Below are positions 15,496 through 26,461 of a DNA stretch of 64,000 nucleotides, in pieces. Every line of letters begins with the position of its first letter. Within the stretch, counting starts at the first letter, position 1. The notes beneath the pieces were generated by a model. The model did not search any database. It was not told the origin of the DNA and saw only the letters and a program-made list of their open reading frames with translations. The DNA is from Eledone cirrhosa. Taxonomy: Eukaryota. A program made the translations under genes and the position numbers. The stretch is taken from the NCBI GenBank assembly GCA_964016885.1, contig OZ024750.1, forward strand, positions 53,010,001 through 53,074,000, given 5' to 3'.

Positions 15496-16092
15496 AGTTG
15501 GTGCTACTGGTAACATGTATCCCAGTACAACCTGTCTCATGGTCGGGTCGTTGGCGACTAAACTGGCAACCCCACCAAGGTTTCTTGGTGAGGAGGGTGA
15601 CTTTGGACATCCTGCAGGACTAAAAACAAAACCTGTCAAAGGGCAAGGGAGCTCTTAAGACTCAATAGCCATCCAAAATCACCGGGAGAGATGACCCCTT
15701 AGCCTTTGTCAAGGCAGAATTCTAGGAGAAGGAAAACTCTGATATAACACCTGCAACCCTGATGGTATCCAATGATGTTGACTTGTTCTTCTTTTTGGTA
15801 AATATCATCTTGGTTAAGAGAGTGGGACTGGCTTTGTGCAGTGCCTTTGCTCACTATAAAAGCTTCACAGCACAGGCATTGCTTTATATCTGGAGATCTC
15901 TCTGCACTTGTCATCACATGGTACCATGGGCCCTGCACTATGTGTCAATAATGGTCACAAGTGTCGTGTTTGTACCAGAGTTTTCAAGTCGCTGGCTGGA
16001 CTAAAAAGTCACATTCGTTCAGCGCATCGGTAGGGGTTCTCCTACATGGATATAAAGTAGTGGCCGTACTCGAAAACGAGTTGGCAGCCACC
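15496..16092 (+). mobile_element. ~608 bp non-autonomous element, copy 3 (lacks first ~11 nt)
   Basis: Same 3' end gcagccacc followed by (AT)n. Confidence 0.8.
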
Positions 16093-16105
16093 ATATATAT
16101 GTATG

Positions 16106-16138
<33 letters not shown>

Positions 16139-16161
16139 ATATATATATATATATATGTATG

Positions 16162-16198
<37 letters not shown>

Positions 16199-16333
16199 AT
16201 ATATATATATATGTATGTATATATATATATATGTATGTATATATATATATATATGTATGTATATATGTATGTGTATATATGTATGTATATATATATATGT
16301 ATGTATATATATATATGTATGTATATATGTATG

Positions 16334-16364
<31 letters not shown>

Positions 16365-16414
16365 GTATATATATATATATATATATGTATGTATATATAT
16401 GTGTATATGTATAT

Positions 16415-17197
16415 GTCACAAATGATCAGAAAAGGGCGCCTGGAAATGTCATTATGAGAGACTGATGAATGTGGAGAACAAACGGGAGAGAGAGAAATTA
16501 CCCTTGGTAGATCCGACAAAGGGACCAGCTATTGAGATTGACGAATATAGGGTCCAAGAGGCGATGAGGGAAATGAAAAATGGCAAGGCTACCGGACCAT
16601 CGGGAATAGTTGCTGAGATGCTGAAGGCATCAGGGGACGTAGGCACTAAACTGGTTGCACGCATCATCAATCAGGCTGTATATGGTGGTGTCATACCCAA
16701 AGACTGGTGCAGCAGTATTCTCATAAATTGCTACAAAGGTAAAGGGGATGCTCTGGAGAGGAGCAATAATAGGGGTATAAAACTGATAGATCAGGTTATG
16801 AAAGTGGCAGAAAGGACTTTAGCACAACTAATTAGAGAAAGGGTCAAACTAAATGAGATGCAGTTTGGTTTTGTGCCTGGGAAGAGTACAACAGATGCCC
16901 TCTTCTTGGTGAGACAATTGCAAGAGAGGTTCTTAGAGAAGAATAAGCCACTATACTTAGCCTTTGTTGACCTAGAGAAAGCCTTTGATAGGGTACCCCG
17001 ATCTGTCATCTGGTGGTCCCTAAGGAAGCTAGGTGTTGAGGAATGGCTTGTGAGGACAGTGCAAACTTTGTACAGAGGTACTCTCAGTAAAGTCAGGGTA
17101 GGAATGGAGTTTAGTGAGGAATTCCAGATACAAGGAGGAGTACATCAGGGTTTGGTCCTCAGCCCGCTCTTGTTCATTATAGTCCTCCAAGCCATAA
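16415..17197 (+). pseudogene. Internal RTE-clade RT fragment, truncated at both ends
   Basis: GKATGPSGI, QFGFVPGKST, FVDLEKAFDRVP, GVHQG..LSPLLF. Diverged from the 21-24 kb RTE; stops at ...LQAIT and runs into (TA)n. Confidence 0.9.
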
Positions 17198-17224
17198 CAT
17201 ATATATATATATATAGATATATAG

Positions 17225-17271
<47 letters not shown>

Positions 17272-17294
17272 TATATAGATATATAGATATATAG

Positions 17295-17349
<55 letters not shown>

Positions 17350-17591
17350 TAGATATATAGATATATAGATATATATATATAGATATATATATAGATATAT
17401 AGATACATATATATATAGATATATATATATATAGATATATATATATATAGATATATATATATATATAGATATATATATAGATATATAGATACATATATAT
17501 ATAGATATATAGATATATAGATATATATATATAGATATATATATATAGATATATAGATATATATATATATATATATATAGATATATATATA
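17198..17591. repeat. (TA)n/(TAGA)n microsatellite of distinct flavour
   Basis: The only tract built with gatata/gataca variants rather than TATG; abuts the Penelope 3' end. Confidence 0.95.
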
Positions 17592-17754
17592 TTGTTATAC
17601 TTTGGGAGGGTCATGTTGCCAATAAGAAACACACGCACCAGTTGCTTTCACTTCAATTTATTATATATTTATAAATTTATAAATTTACAAATCTACAAAT
17701 TTATAAATTTCTGGTTGGTTGGTTGGTGCCACCACCAGATAGTTGTTTATATAT

Positions 17755-17799
17755 AGTCATAGTCCTTTCGTCACACACTCTGTGACCTCTTCAGTGACT
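17755..17799 (-). ncRNA. Minimal type I hammerhead in the Penelope 3' UTR
   Basis: Minus strand: agtca-CTGAAGA-g-gtcac(agagtgt)gtgac-GAAA-ggac-TA-tgact. Confidence 0.85.
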
Positions 17800-18003
17800 G
17801 GGGATTCCTTTCTTTGTTTCTGTGCCTTTCCTTTCTTCTGTCCTATGCCATTTTGTTTCTGTGTGTGTGTTGTGTGCTCAGTTTGCGCATGCGCCACATC
17901 CGGGTGTCTGTGTGTGTTTGTGTTCATTTATCTATTTGTTTATTTATTTACATGTTGTTGGTTGGTTGTTTGTTCTATGTGTGTGTGTGTTTTCATTTTG
18001 TCC

Positions 18004-19884
18004 TTAATTGTAAGTTGTGATGTTGCTGTTCCACTCATATTTTCTATTTAATTTTGGTTGTAATTCTTTTATGTTTACTGCTACTGTAATTTGTCTAAAC
18101 ATTGCATCTTTTCTGTGTGTAGATTCTATTTTTATTTCTATGTTCTCTAATTTACCCTTGTGTTCTATCTTAGCATGTTGGTAGAGTACAGATGATTCTT
18201 TATTATCTTGAAGGTCTCGCCAGTGTTCATTTATCCGTTCCCCTATACTACGAGCTGTCTCACCTATGTACACTATATTTTTGTTTCTACATTGTCCTTC
18301 AGTACATCTTATGCTATACACTACATTTCTAGTTTTACAGTTAATATGGGGGCTTATTTTACAGGTTATACATTTCTTATCTATACATGAGGGTCTTTGG
18401 AACGGGTATGTCTTGCTAATAAGTGTTTTTACGGAGGTACCTGGTCTTTCTACTATCTTAATATTGAGTTTATGTTTATTTAGGGCCCTTCTAAATTTGT
18501 AGGCTAGTTCTCCTCTAGGGGTTGTATTGATGAACATTACACTCTGGTATTTATTGCTATCATACCATGAGTTTATTCTATTGGCCTTGTTCCTAGTTCT
18601 TTCTATTCTATTCCAAAATTTGCTCCTATACAAGGGGCAGGTCCCATTTATGTCATTATTTACCATTTTTTCCCATTTGGTTCTGGCTCCTCTATACACT
18701 CTGATTCTATCTCTCTGATTGTAGCCAGAGAACTGCATACGGTGGATGAAGTGTTGTATGTGTCTCTCTAGTTCTTCGGGGTTGCACATGCGGGACACAT
18801 TTCTCATCACCCGTACCAAATCCGCAATCAGTATGTTGATTTTGGTATGGTCCGAAATGGCCGAGTTTCGGTGGATCAGATGTTTGGAAGTCATGGGTTT
18901 GGCATAATGGGAATGGAGGATTTGTTTTTGGTTGTTAATGGTATCTAACCAGAGCTCTGTGTCTAGTACAGGTAATCGATGGTTGGGGTGTCTACTTGGG
19001 TAGTCTATAGTAACTCTAATGCTCTGGTGGATGGAGTTTGCTATTTGCTGGATGCTTTCCACTGTGTTTTTCTCTAGTTCCTGACTGTTCTCTAGTGGGG
19101 GTGTCTTAACTACAATGTTTATATCATCTACGTAGCGGGAGTACATTATCAGGGTTAAGCTGTCTTCTAATTGTTCTTTAAGTTTAAGTTTAAGTTTAAG
19201 TCTACTGTCCCACCATACCATGAATAAGTTAGCTATGTCGCCTGCAATGCTAACACCAATGGCTGCTCCTTCCTCTTGGGCATATGTTTTTCCATTAAAT
19301 TTGAACATATGTTCCTTAAGGGTTAATTTTATGCTGGCCCCTACCGCATGTGCAATTATTTTCTTCAGTTCATCGTGGTTTTCGGGTGTCCGTATGGCTC
19401 TGGTCCACCCGTTCCATCTATCTGTGTGGGTTTTCTTGGCCATTGAGGTAATGGTAGGTGGTCTGCCTCTTGCTTGTCTTGTAGGGCACAGGTTGCTAAG
19501 GTCATAAGTGTCTAGGTAACTATTACTATGGGTAAGCTTAAGTAGAAGTCCCAGCTCACTGGTATCAATCCCACGGAACTCAACCTTGCTCTCGCTGATC
19601 ATTTCTACGCATTTCTCCACAGCAAAATCCACGTCAATAGATGGATACAGGGACACAACATCCATGCTGCCTATTATGCAGTTTGTTAGGTCCCCAGATC
19701 GGTTACTCACGCCAATTCTGCTGAGGAGGTCCTCCGTGCTGTCACATACATCTGGGGACATCTCAATGATGGGGCGTATGATCAGGGAGAGGAAGTAGGA
19801 CAGTCTGTAGTTACTAGCAATGTTAGCTCCACAGACTGGCCGTGTTGGTGGTCCCGCGACAGGGTCACAGCCCGTTTTATGGTC
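18004..19884 (-). CDS. Penelope-like reverse transcriptase + GIY-YIG endonuclease
   Basis: DHK...PTRPV (in frame upstream of 19761), SMDVVSLYPSI, QEEGAAIG, RYVDD, LPVLD, YAKP, C..C..C, NVVYSIRC..C..VYIGET.R...RI.EH, PKLN. Confidence 0.92.
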   Translation of the reverse strand, partial: DHKTGCDPVAGPPTRPVCGANIASNYRLSYFLSLIIRPIIEMSPDVCDSTEDLLSRIGVSNRSGDLTNCIIGSMDVVSLYPSIDVDFAVEKCVEMISESKVEFRGIDTSELGLLLKLTHSNSYLDTYDLSNLCPTRQARGRPPTITSMAKKTHTDRWNGWTRAIRTPENHDELKKIIAHAVGASIKLTLKEHMFKFNGKTYAQEEGAAIGVSIAGDIANLFMVWWDSRLKLKLKLKEQLEDSLTLIMYSRYVDDINIVVKTPPLENSQELEKNTVESIQQIANSIHQSIRVTIDYPSRHPNHRLPVLDTELWLDTINNQKQILHSHYAKPMTSKHLIHRNSAISDHTKINILIADLVRVMRNVSRMCNPEELERHIQHFIHRMQFSGYNQRDRIRVYRGARTKWEKMVNNDINGTCPLYRSKFWNRIERTRNKANRINSWYDSNKYQSVMFINTTPRGELAYKFRRALNKHKLNIKIVERPGTSVKTLISKTYPFQRPSCIDKKCITCKISPHINCKTRNVVYSIRCTEGQCRNKNIVYIGETARSIGERINEHWRDLQDNKESSVLYQHAKIEHKGKLENIEIKIESTHRKDAMFRQITVAVNIKELQPKLNRKYEWNSNITTYN

Positions 19885-20076
19885 TTATCTCCAGCCTGTA
19901 TAGGTTGGCCACTGGTGTAGGAGGGAGTTTGTTGCTGCTGCCCTTAGGTTTCCCTCGTGTCTTGCTGTGGGCTCATCTGGGATCCTGGATAACAAGGTGT
20001 CGAGATGTTTCTTAAAGACATCCACCTCAACGTCATGCAAGTCTCTCAGATGCCTCGGCAGCCTGTTGAAGAGTTG
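19885..20076 (-). mobile_element. 3' coding fragment of the CR1-group family at 26.5-28.2 kb, fused to the Penelope
   Basis: Near-identical to ~26537-26728; ends at the ORF stop codon and lacks the 3' UTR and tail. Confidence 0.9.
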
Positions 20077-20426
20077 TATATATATATGTATATATGTGTA
20101 TATATGTATATATGTATATATATGTATATATATGTATATATATATGTGTATATGTATATGTATATATGTATATATATATGTATATATCTATATCTTATAT
20201 ATGTATATATATATGTATATGTATATATGTATATATGTATATATATATGTATATATCTATATCTTATATATGTATATATATATGTATATGTATATGTATA
20301 TGTGTATATGTATATATATATGTATATGTATATATATATGTATATGTATATATATATATGTATATGTATATATATATATGTATATGTATATATATATGTA
20401 TATATATATATATGTATATATATATG

Positions 20427-20458
<32 letters not shown>

Positions 20459-20477
20459 TGTATGTATATATGTATAT

Positions 20478-20511
<34 letters not shown>

Positions 20512-20521
20512 GTATATATGT

Positions 20522-20562
<41 letters not shown>

Positions 20563-20584
20563 TGTATGTATATATATATGTATG

Positions 20585-20617
<33 letters not shown>

Positions 20618-20690
20618 GTATATATATATATGTATATATATATATGTATATATATATGTATATATATATATGTATATATATATATATGTG

Positions 20691-20721
<31 letters not shown>

Positions 20722-20799
20722 GTATATATATATATGTGTATATATATATATGTATATATATATATGTATATATATATATATGTATATATATATATGTAT

Positions 20800-20863
<64 letters not shown>

Positions 20864-21130
20864 GTATATATGTATATGTATATATGTATATATATATATG
20901 TATATATGTATATATATATGTATATATGTATATATATATGTATATATGTATATATATATATGTATATATATATATGTATATATGTATATATATATATGTA
21001 TATATATATATGTATGTATATGTATGTATATATGTATATATATATATGTATATATATATATGTATGTATATATATGTATATGTATGTATATATGTATATG
21101 TATGTATATATATATATATATGTATATATA

Positions 21131-24100
21131 TCATCATCACCATCATCATCATCACCGTTTTACGTCCGTTCTTCCACGCTAGCATGGGTTAGACGGGTTG
21201 TCCTGTTGTGGGCAGTGTCTGGTCGGCTGACCATGCCTTGCTCATACAGGAACTGATCTGGCTTGATTTCTACAGCTGGATGCCCTTCCTAACACCAACC
21301 TCATTTACAGTGAGTGCTGGGTGCTTTTTCGTGGCGCCTACACGTCCACTTTACAGTGTGGGCTGGGTGCTTTTTTTGCCGTGGCACCTCCACGACCACC
21401 TTGCGGTGGGGGGGGGGGGGGGCATATTGTTTATATGCTTCAGCATGTACCCATGGGAGGTCGGGTACCCTGTATTACTGCGTGACGCCAGAAGTCACGG
21501 TCGTGTGTCATTGACTTTGAGAGGTGTAGTTGGGTAAGGTCGGCTTTTATCACCTCATCCCAAGTCATCTTGGGTCTCCCCACTCCGCGGTTTCCATCAA
21601 CTTCTAGTGCTCTGCACCTTTTTATGCAGCTGTCATCCTTCATACGCATCACATGTCCATACCAGCGTAACCGCCTCTCCTGCACGCAGCATTTGATTCC
21701 TCTTATGCTCAGTCTCTCTCTCAATTCATTTATGCTTTGTCGTTCACGTATATTACTGTTACACATCCATCGGAGCATGCAGGCTTCGTTTCTCTCTAAT
21801 CTACGTAAGTCTTCCACCTTCAGCGCCCAGGTCTCACTACCATGCAACATCGCTGTTCGGATACACGCATCATACAGTCTGCCTTTCATTCTGAGGGAGA
21901 AGCCTTTTGCAGCTAGCAGTGGTAGTAGTTCCCTAAACTTCTTCCATCCCGTTCTTACCCTAGTTATTGTACTTTCTGAGCACCCACCTCCGTTGCTAAT
22001 TCGGTCACCTAGGTAGCAGAAGCTGTCTACTGTTTCTACAGGGCCCTCCCAGAGATTGGTGGTACTTGTTTCCTGTGGCTGTTTGCTTGCTGTTTCAGCA
22101 CAGCTGCTGCATGTGAATCCTACATTCTTAATTAAGCTTCCTGAGATCCCGCTACATCTCTTGTGTACCCATTGTTTGCATTTGGGGCAAAGAATGGAGT
22201 TCCTACCTACACCTTTCCTACATACTGAGCAAGGCCATTTCCCTGAGGGGATCTGGGTTCTGTTTTCTCGTCTACTTATAAGGACCTTAGTCTTTGTCAT
22301 GTTGACTTTGAGGCCCTTTCTCTCTAGTCCCTGCTTCCAGGTTTGGAATTTATTCTCTAGTTCTACCATAGATTCAGCTATGAGTGCGAGGTCATCAGCA
22401 TACAGGAGTTCCCATGGGCATCCGGTCTTAAACTCCTCCGTTATTGCCTGCAGGACTATGATGAACAGGAGAGGGCTAAGAACAGAGCCCTGGTGGACCC
22501 CAACCTGTACGCTAAATTCCTCGCTATACTCATTGCCAATCCTAACTTTGCTGACTGCTCCCCTATACATGGCTTGTACCGCTTTCACAAGCCATTCATC
22601 TACTCCTAGTTTTCTAAGAGCCCACCAGATTACTGCACGTGGAACTCTGTCAAAGGCTTTCTCAAGGTCGACAAATGCCAAGTAGAGTGGCTTACTTTTA
22701 GCTAGGTACTTTTCCTGTAATTGCCTCACAAGGAAGAGCGCATCAGTGGTGCCTTTCCCTGGAACAAACCCAAATTGCATCTCGTCTATATTCACCCGGT
22801 CCCTAATCAGCTGTGCTATAACTCTTTCTGTTACTTTCATGACCTGGTCCATCAACTTTATACCTCTATAGTTTCCTCTATCTAGTGCATCGCCTTTACC
22901 TTTGTAGCAGTTGACAATGATGCTACTGCACCAATCTTTTGGTATGGCCCCCTCTAGTATTACCTGGTTAACGATACGTGTGGTTATAGTGTGACCTACA
23001 GACCCAGATGCCTTCAGCATCTCGGCAGCTATACCCGATGGACCGGTTGCCTTCCCTATCTTCATATCTCTGATTGCCTTACTTACTACGCTGCCGCTGA
23101 CTTGTACTGCTGGTCCCTCTATAGGGTCTACGTGGGGTAGGGTCTCTTCTTCCCATGCATTCTCCTCATTTAGTAATCTATCATAATGACTCTTCCATGC
23201 ATCTTTCTTCTCAGCACTTGTGAGGGCAAGCTCACCTTTATCATTCCGGATACACTTCTCTCCAATGACATCACAACTATCTCTGACACACTGCCTCGCA
23301 ATCTTGAATACCTCCTGTTTCTGGTCCTCACGTTGTAAAACATGCTTGAATTTTCTATCCTCTGCTTCCCTCCTAGCTAAGTATACTTGTCGCCTAGCTT
23401 CCCTCTTGGTCTCTATGTAATGTACCCTGCTCCCCCCGTTCTTCCATTCTTTCCATGCCTGTCTCTTGGCCTTGACTGCTTCATCTACCTTATTGTTCCA
23501 CCACCAAGTCACTCTCCTCCTGCTTGAGGTCTTACTCCAGCCACAAACCTCATCCGTCGCCTCTAGTAAGTTATTTTTTAGGAACTCCCAGTTCTCTTCT
23601 ACGTTAAATGTCTCTATCTGTTCTTCTTTACTGTCGTAGGCGTTGAGTAAAATATCTTTAAATCTGTTACTGGTTGAGGGGACTTTCAGCTTCCAGATCT
23701 TTCTTCTCCAGGTTGGCCTCTGTTTCAGGGCTCGTCTAGTTCTGACCGTGAGGTCGCTGACAACTAAGCTATGTTGGGATGTACATTCCTCACTAGGGAA
23801 GGCTTTTGTGTTTACGACCGTCCATCTGTCACGTCCTCTGATGAGGATAAAATCTAACTGACTAGAGTGCCCCCCTGATCTATAGGTGATCAGGTGGTTG
23901 TCGGGTTTTTTAAAGTTTGTGTTACATATCGACATGTCATTGGCGTCGCAGAATTCTAGAAGTCTGAATCCTTCCTCATTCCTTGTGCCAACTCCATGGC
24001 CTCCATGTACTCTATTGAAGCCGTCGCAGTGTTTACCTACGTGTCCGTTAAAATCTCCTGCAATGATTAGGAAGTCCTTGTCGTCTGTTAGAGCAGTAGT

Positions 24101-24828
24101 GTGTATTAGGGACTCGTAAAACCTATCCTTAAGTTCGTCTGGCAGCCCCGATTGGGGTGCGTAAGCTGATATTATTGTGGTAATTGTCTTATTCAGGACT
24201 AGTCTGAGTTTAATGATTCTTGCATTTACCCTGTACACTGAGATTACTTTATCTACCCACTTGTCAGCTAATAGTATACCTACACCACCCATCCCATCGT
24301 CATTTCCCACCCAGAAAAATTTGTAGCACTGGCTTTTTCCTACAAGGACTCTAGCAGACCCTCCTCTCCATCTAGTCTCTTGCACACAGCATACATCAAC
24401 TTCCTTTCGCTCTAGCATTTCTACGATTTCTCCTGCTCTTCCTTTCATTGAGCCTACATTGATGGTACCAACTCGGAGTTTTGGGCATTTGTCGACACTC
24501 GTAGGGGAGGGTCTCTGGGTTGGCGCTTCACGTGGGTGCTTGGTAGCTCGCAGATTCATATTTCATCTATTGATTCAGAGTTGCTCGTGTATTCCCAGCT
24601 CATCCATCCATAACGGTGGGAAAATTGAGGGCTAGAAGGACAGTGGTGGTGGGGTAATGGCAGGGTGTGTTGGGATGCGCCAGAGGAGGAGAGAGTTAGT
24701 TAGGCAGGTAGTAGCAGCAGCAGCAGTGGAAATGGCATGCTAGGTTTGATTGGTCGAATAGACTATGGTGGTGTGTGGGGGTGGGGGGGGAGGGAAATTG
24801 TGAGGTAGGAACTGAGGGTCGCATGGTA
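21131..24828 (-). mobile_element. RTE-clade (BovB-like) LINE with intact ORF
   Basis: ~270 bp 5' region, single ORF, ~300 bp 3' UTR and (ATG)n tail. Confidence 0.95.
21440..24559 (-). CDS. RTE polyprotein: AP endonuclease + RT with Cys-rich insertion, 1039 aa
   Basis: GTINVG, VQETRW, SAYAP, GDFNGH, SQH; FVDLEKAFDRVP, GVHQGSVLSPLLF, YADD, CSVC..CPKC..H..C, RRLRWYGHV, GRP..TW. No stops. Confidence 0.95.
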   Translation of the reverse strand: MNLRATKHPREAPTQRPSPTSVDKCPKLRVGTINVGSMKGRAGEIVEMLERKEVDVCCVQETRWRGGSARVLVGKSQCYKFFWVGNDDGMGGVGILLADKWVDKVISVYRVNARIIKLRLVLNKTITTIISAYAPQSGLPDELKDRFYESLIHTTALTDDKDFLIIAGDFNGHVGKHCDGFNRVHGGHGVGTRNEEGFRLLEFCDANDMSICNTNFKKPDNHLITYRSGGHSSQLDFILIRGRDRWTVVNTKAFPSEECTSQHSLVVSDLTVRTRRALKQRPTWRRKIWKLKVPSTSNRFKDILLNAYDSKEEQIETFNVEENWEFLKNNLLEATDEVCGWSKTSSRRRVTWWWNNKVDEAVKAKRQAWKEWKNGGSRVHYIETKREARRQVYLARREAEDRKFKHVLQREDQKQEVFKIARQCVRDSCDVIGEKCIRNDKGELALTSAEKKDAWKSHYDRLLNEENAWEEETLPHVDPIEGPAVQVSGSVVSKAIRDMKIGKATGPSGIAAEMLKASGSVGHTITTRIVNQVILEGAIPKDWCSSIIVNCYKGKGDALDRGNYRGIKLMDQVMKVTERVIAQLIRDRVNIDEMQFGFVPGKGTTDALFLVRQLQEKYLAKSKPLYLAFVDLEKAFDRVPRAVIWWALRKLGVDEWLVKAVQAMYRGAVSKVRIGNEYSEEFSVQVGVHQGSVLSPLLFIIVLQAITEEFKTGCPWELLYADDLALIAESMVELENKFQTWKQGLERKGLKVNMTKTKVLISRRENRTQIPSGKWPCSVCRKGVGRNSILCPKCKQWVHKRCSGISGSLIKNVGFTCSSCAETASKQPQETSTTNLWEGPVETVDSFCYLGDRISNGGGCSESTITRVRTGWKKFRELLPLLAAKGFSLRMKGRLYDACIRTAMLHGSETWALKVEDLRRLERNEACMLRWMCNSNIRERQSINELRERLSIRGIKCCVQERRLRWYGHVMRMKDDSCIKRCRALEVDGNRGVGRPKMTWDEVIKADLTQLHLSKSMTHDRDFWRHAVIQGTRPPMGTC

Positions 24829-24935
24829 AAATATATATATATATATATGTATATATATGTATATATATGTATATATATATATGTATATATATGTGTATAT
24901 ATGTGTATATATATGTATATATATATATGTATACT

Positions 24936-25330
24936 AGACATGAAAAATGCGCAAGCTCAAAAGTGCCACAGAATGTTATAATAAACCTTCAAAAGTGTGG
25001 GACTAGAGTTGTTGCTAAAAAATATTGTAATCATTATATATCGTACATTCTGTGGCATCCTTTATAAAAATAGCTTAAACCAACGAAGCCTTTATTTTTA
25101 CGCTATCGTCTACTGTTCCACTAAACAGATATACCTCCACTATCGTCTCTATTTATACATTTTAACTTATAACTTATACACATTTGATTTGAAATATTTT
25201 ATCTAGTCCCCCCTCTCAATATTATGATGATTTCTTTCGAATGAAACAGTTCTAGTCCTGTAGAAGCCATTTATATATATAATTGAACTGAGTTAAAAAT
25301 TCACAATATTTATAATTAAATAAGCTCATA
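24936..25330 (+). mobile_element. Decayed Penelope-like 3' end with degenerate hammerhead (~25224-25265)
   Basis: aTGATGA-tttctttcgaat-GAAA-cag..ctg-TA-gaagccattt; the same motif recurs at 56951-57045. Confidence 0.5.
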
Positions 25331-26272
25331 TATATATGTGTGTATTTATCTGTTTATTGTATTATATATAATGTGTGTATATACAGGATGTCCCCCCAAA
25401 ATATATACACACTTCAACAGCATTCTAATAACTATTGCCTGTACAGGTAATCAAAGTGTCAATCGAATGTTAGTTTCGTGTTTTAACAGTACAAATTTAC
25501 AATACACACATAAAACCAGTGTATATACATACATGAGTGTGTATACACATACATGAATGTGTATATACAATATATATGTATATATATATAGACACATATA
25601 TTCACGGTGCAACGGTACATTAAAATATAGATGCGGGAGAGGGGGGGGTGTATATATAGGGGCGCTGGGGATAAAGGAGTGTAAAGCGTGTGTAATTGAT
25701 ATATTGAAGGAGAGGAGCGTGCAGCGATAGAGTAACAAATATATAGAGAGGGGGAGAGATGGTATTGAAGGGGAGGAGTGCAAAGCGAAAGAGTAAGAGA
25801 TATATATAGAGACGGAACAGATAGAGAGAAACAGGCGTAAGTAACAGTGGAAGAGATATAGAGAGAGGTACTCTGATTGGTTGAAAATTAGCCAATGACA
25901 TACGATCACCACCACCACGGCTATCCCCGAAAAATTTTTAAAGAAGCTAGGCATATATGTTAGAACACGAAAAGTGAACATTCTGTTGTTTCACACTTTT
26001 CGTGTTCTAACAGATATATATATGTATATATATATATGTATATATATATATGTATATATATATATGTATATATATATATGTATATATATATATGTATATA
26101 TATATGTATATATATGTATATATATATATATATGTATGTATATATATATATATGTATATATATGTATGTATATATATATGTATGTATATATATATGTATG
26201 TATGTATATATATATGTATGTATATATATATATATATGTATATATATGTATGTATATATATATGTATGTATG

Positions 26273-26303
<31 letters not shown>

Positions 26304-26461
26304 GTATATATATGTATGTATATATATATATATGTATATATATGTATGTATATATATATATATGTATATATATGTATGAATATATATATATATGTATGTA
26401 TATATATATATATGTATATATATATGTATATGTATGTATATATATATATATGTATATGTAT

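Larger units (their letters stand above)
17592..19884 (-). mobile_element. Penelope-like element, 5' truncated
   Basis: RT + GIY-YIG ORF, CA-rich 3' UTR, hammerhead, AATAAA. Confidence 0.92.

Noticed and set aside
21570-24119. Antisense ORFs over the RTE and other LINEs
   Set aside because: Shadow frames of the real coding strand, with no motifs.
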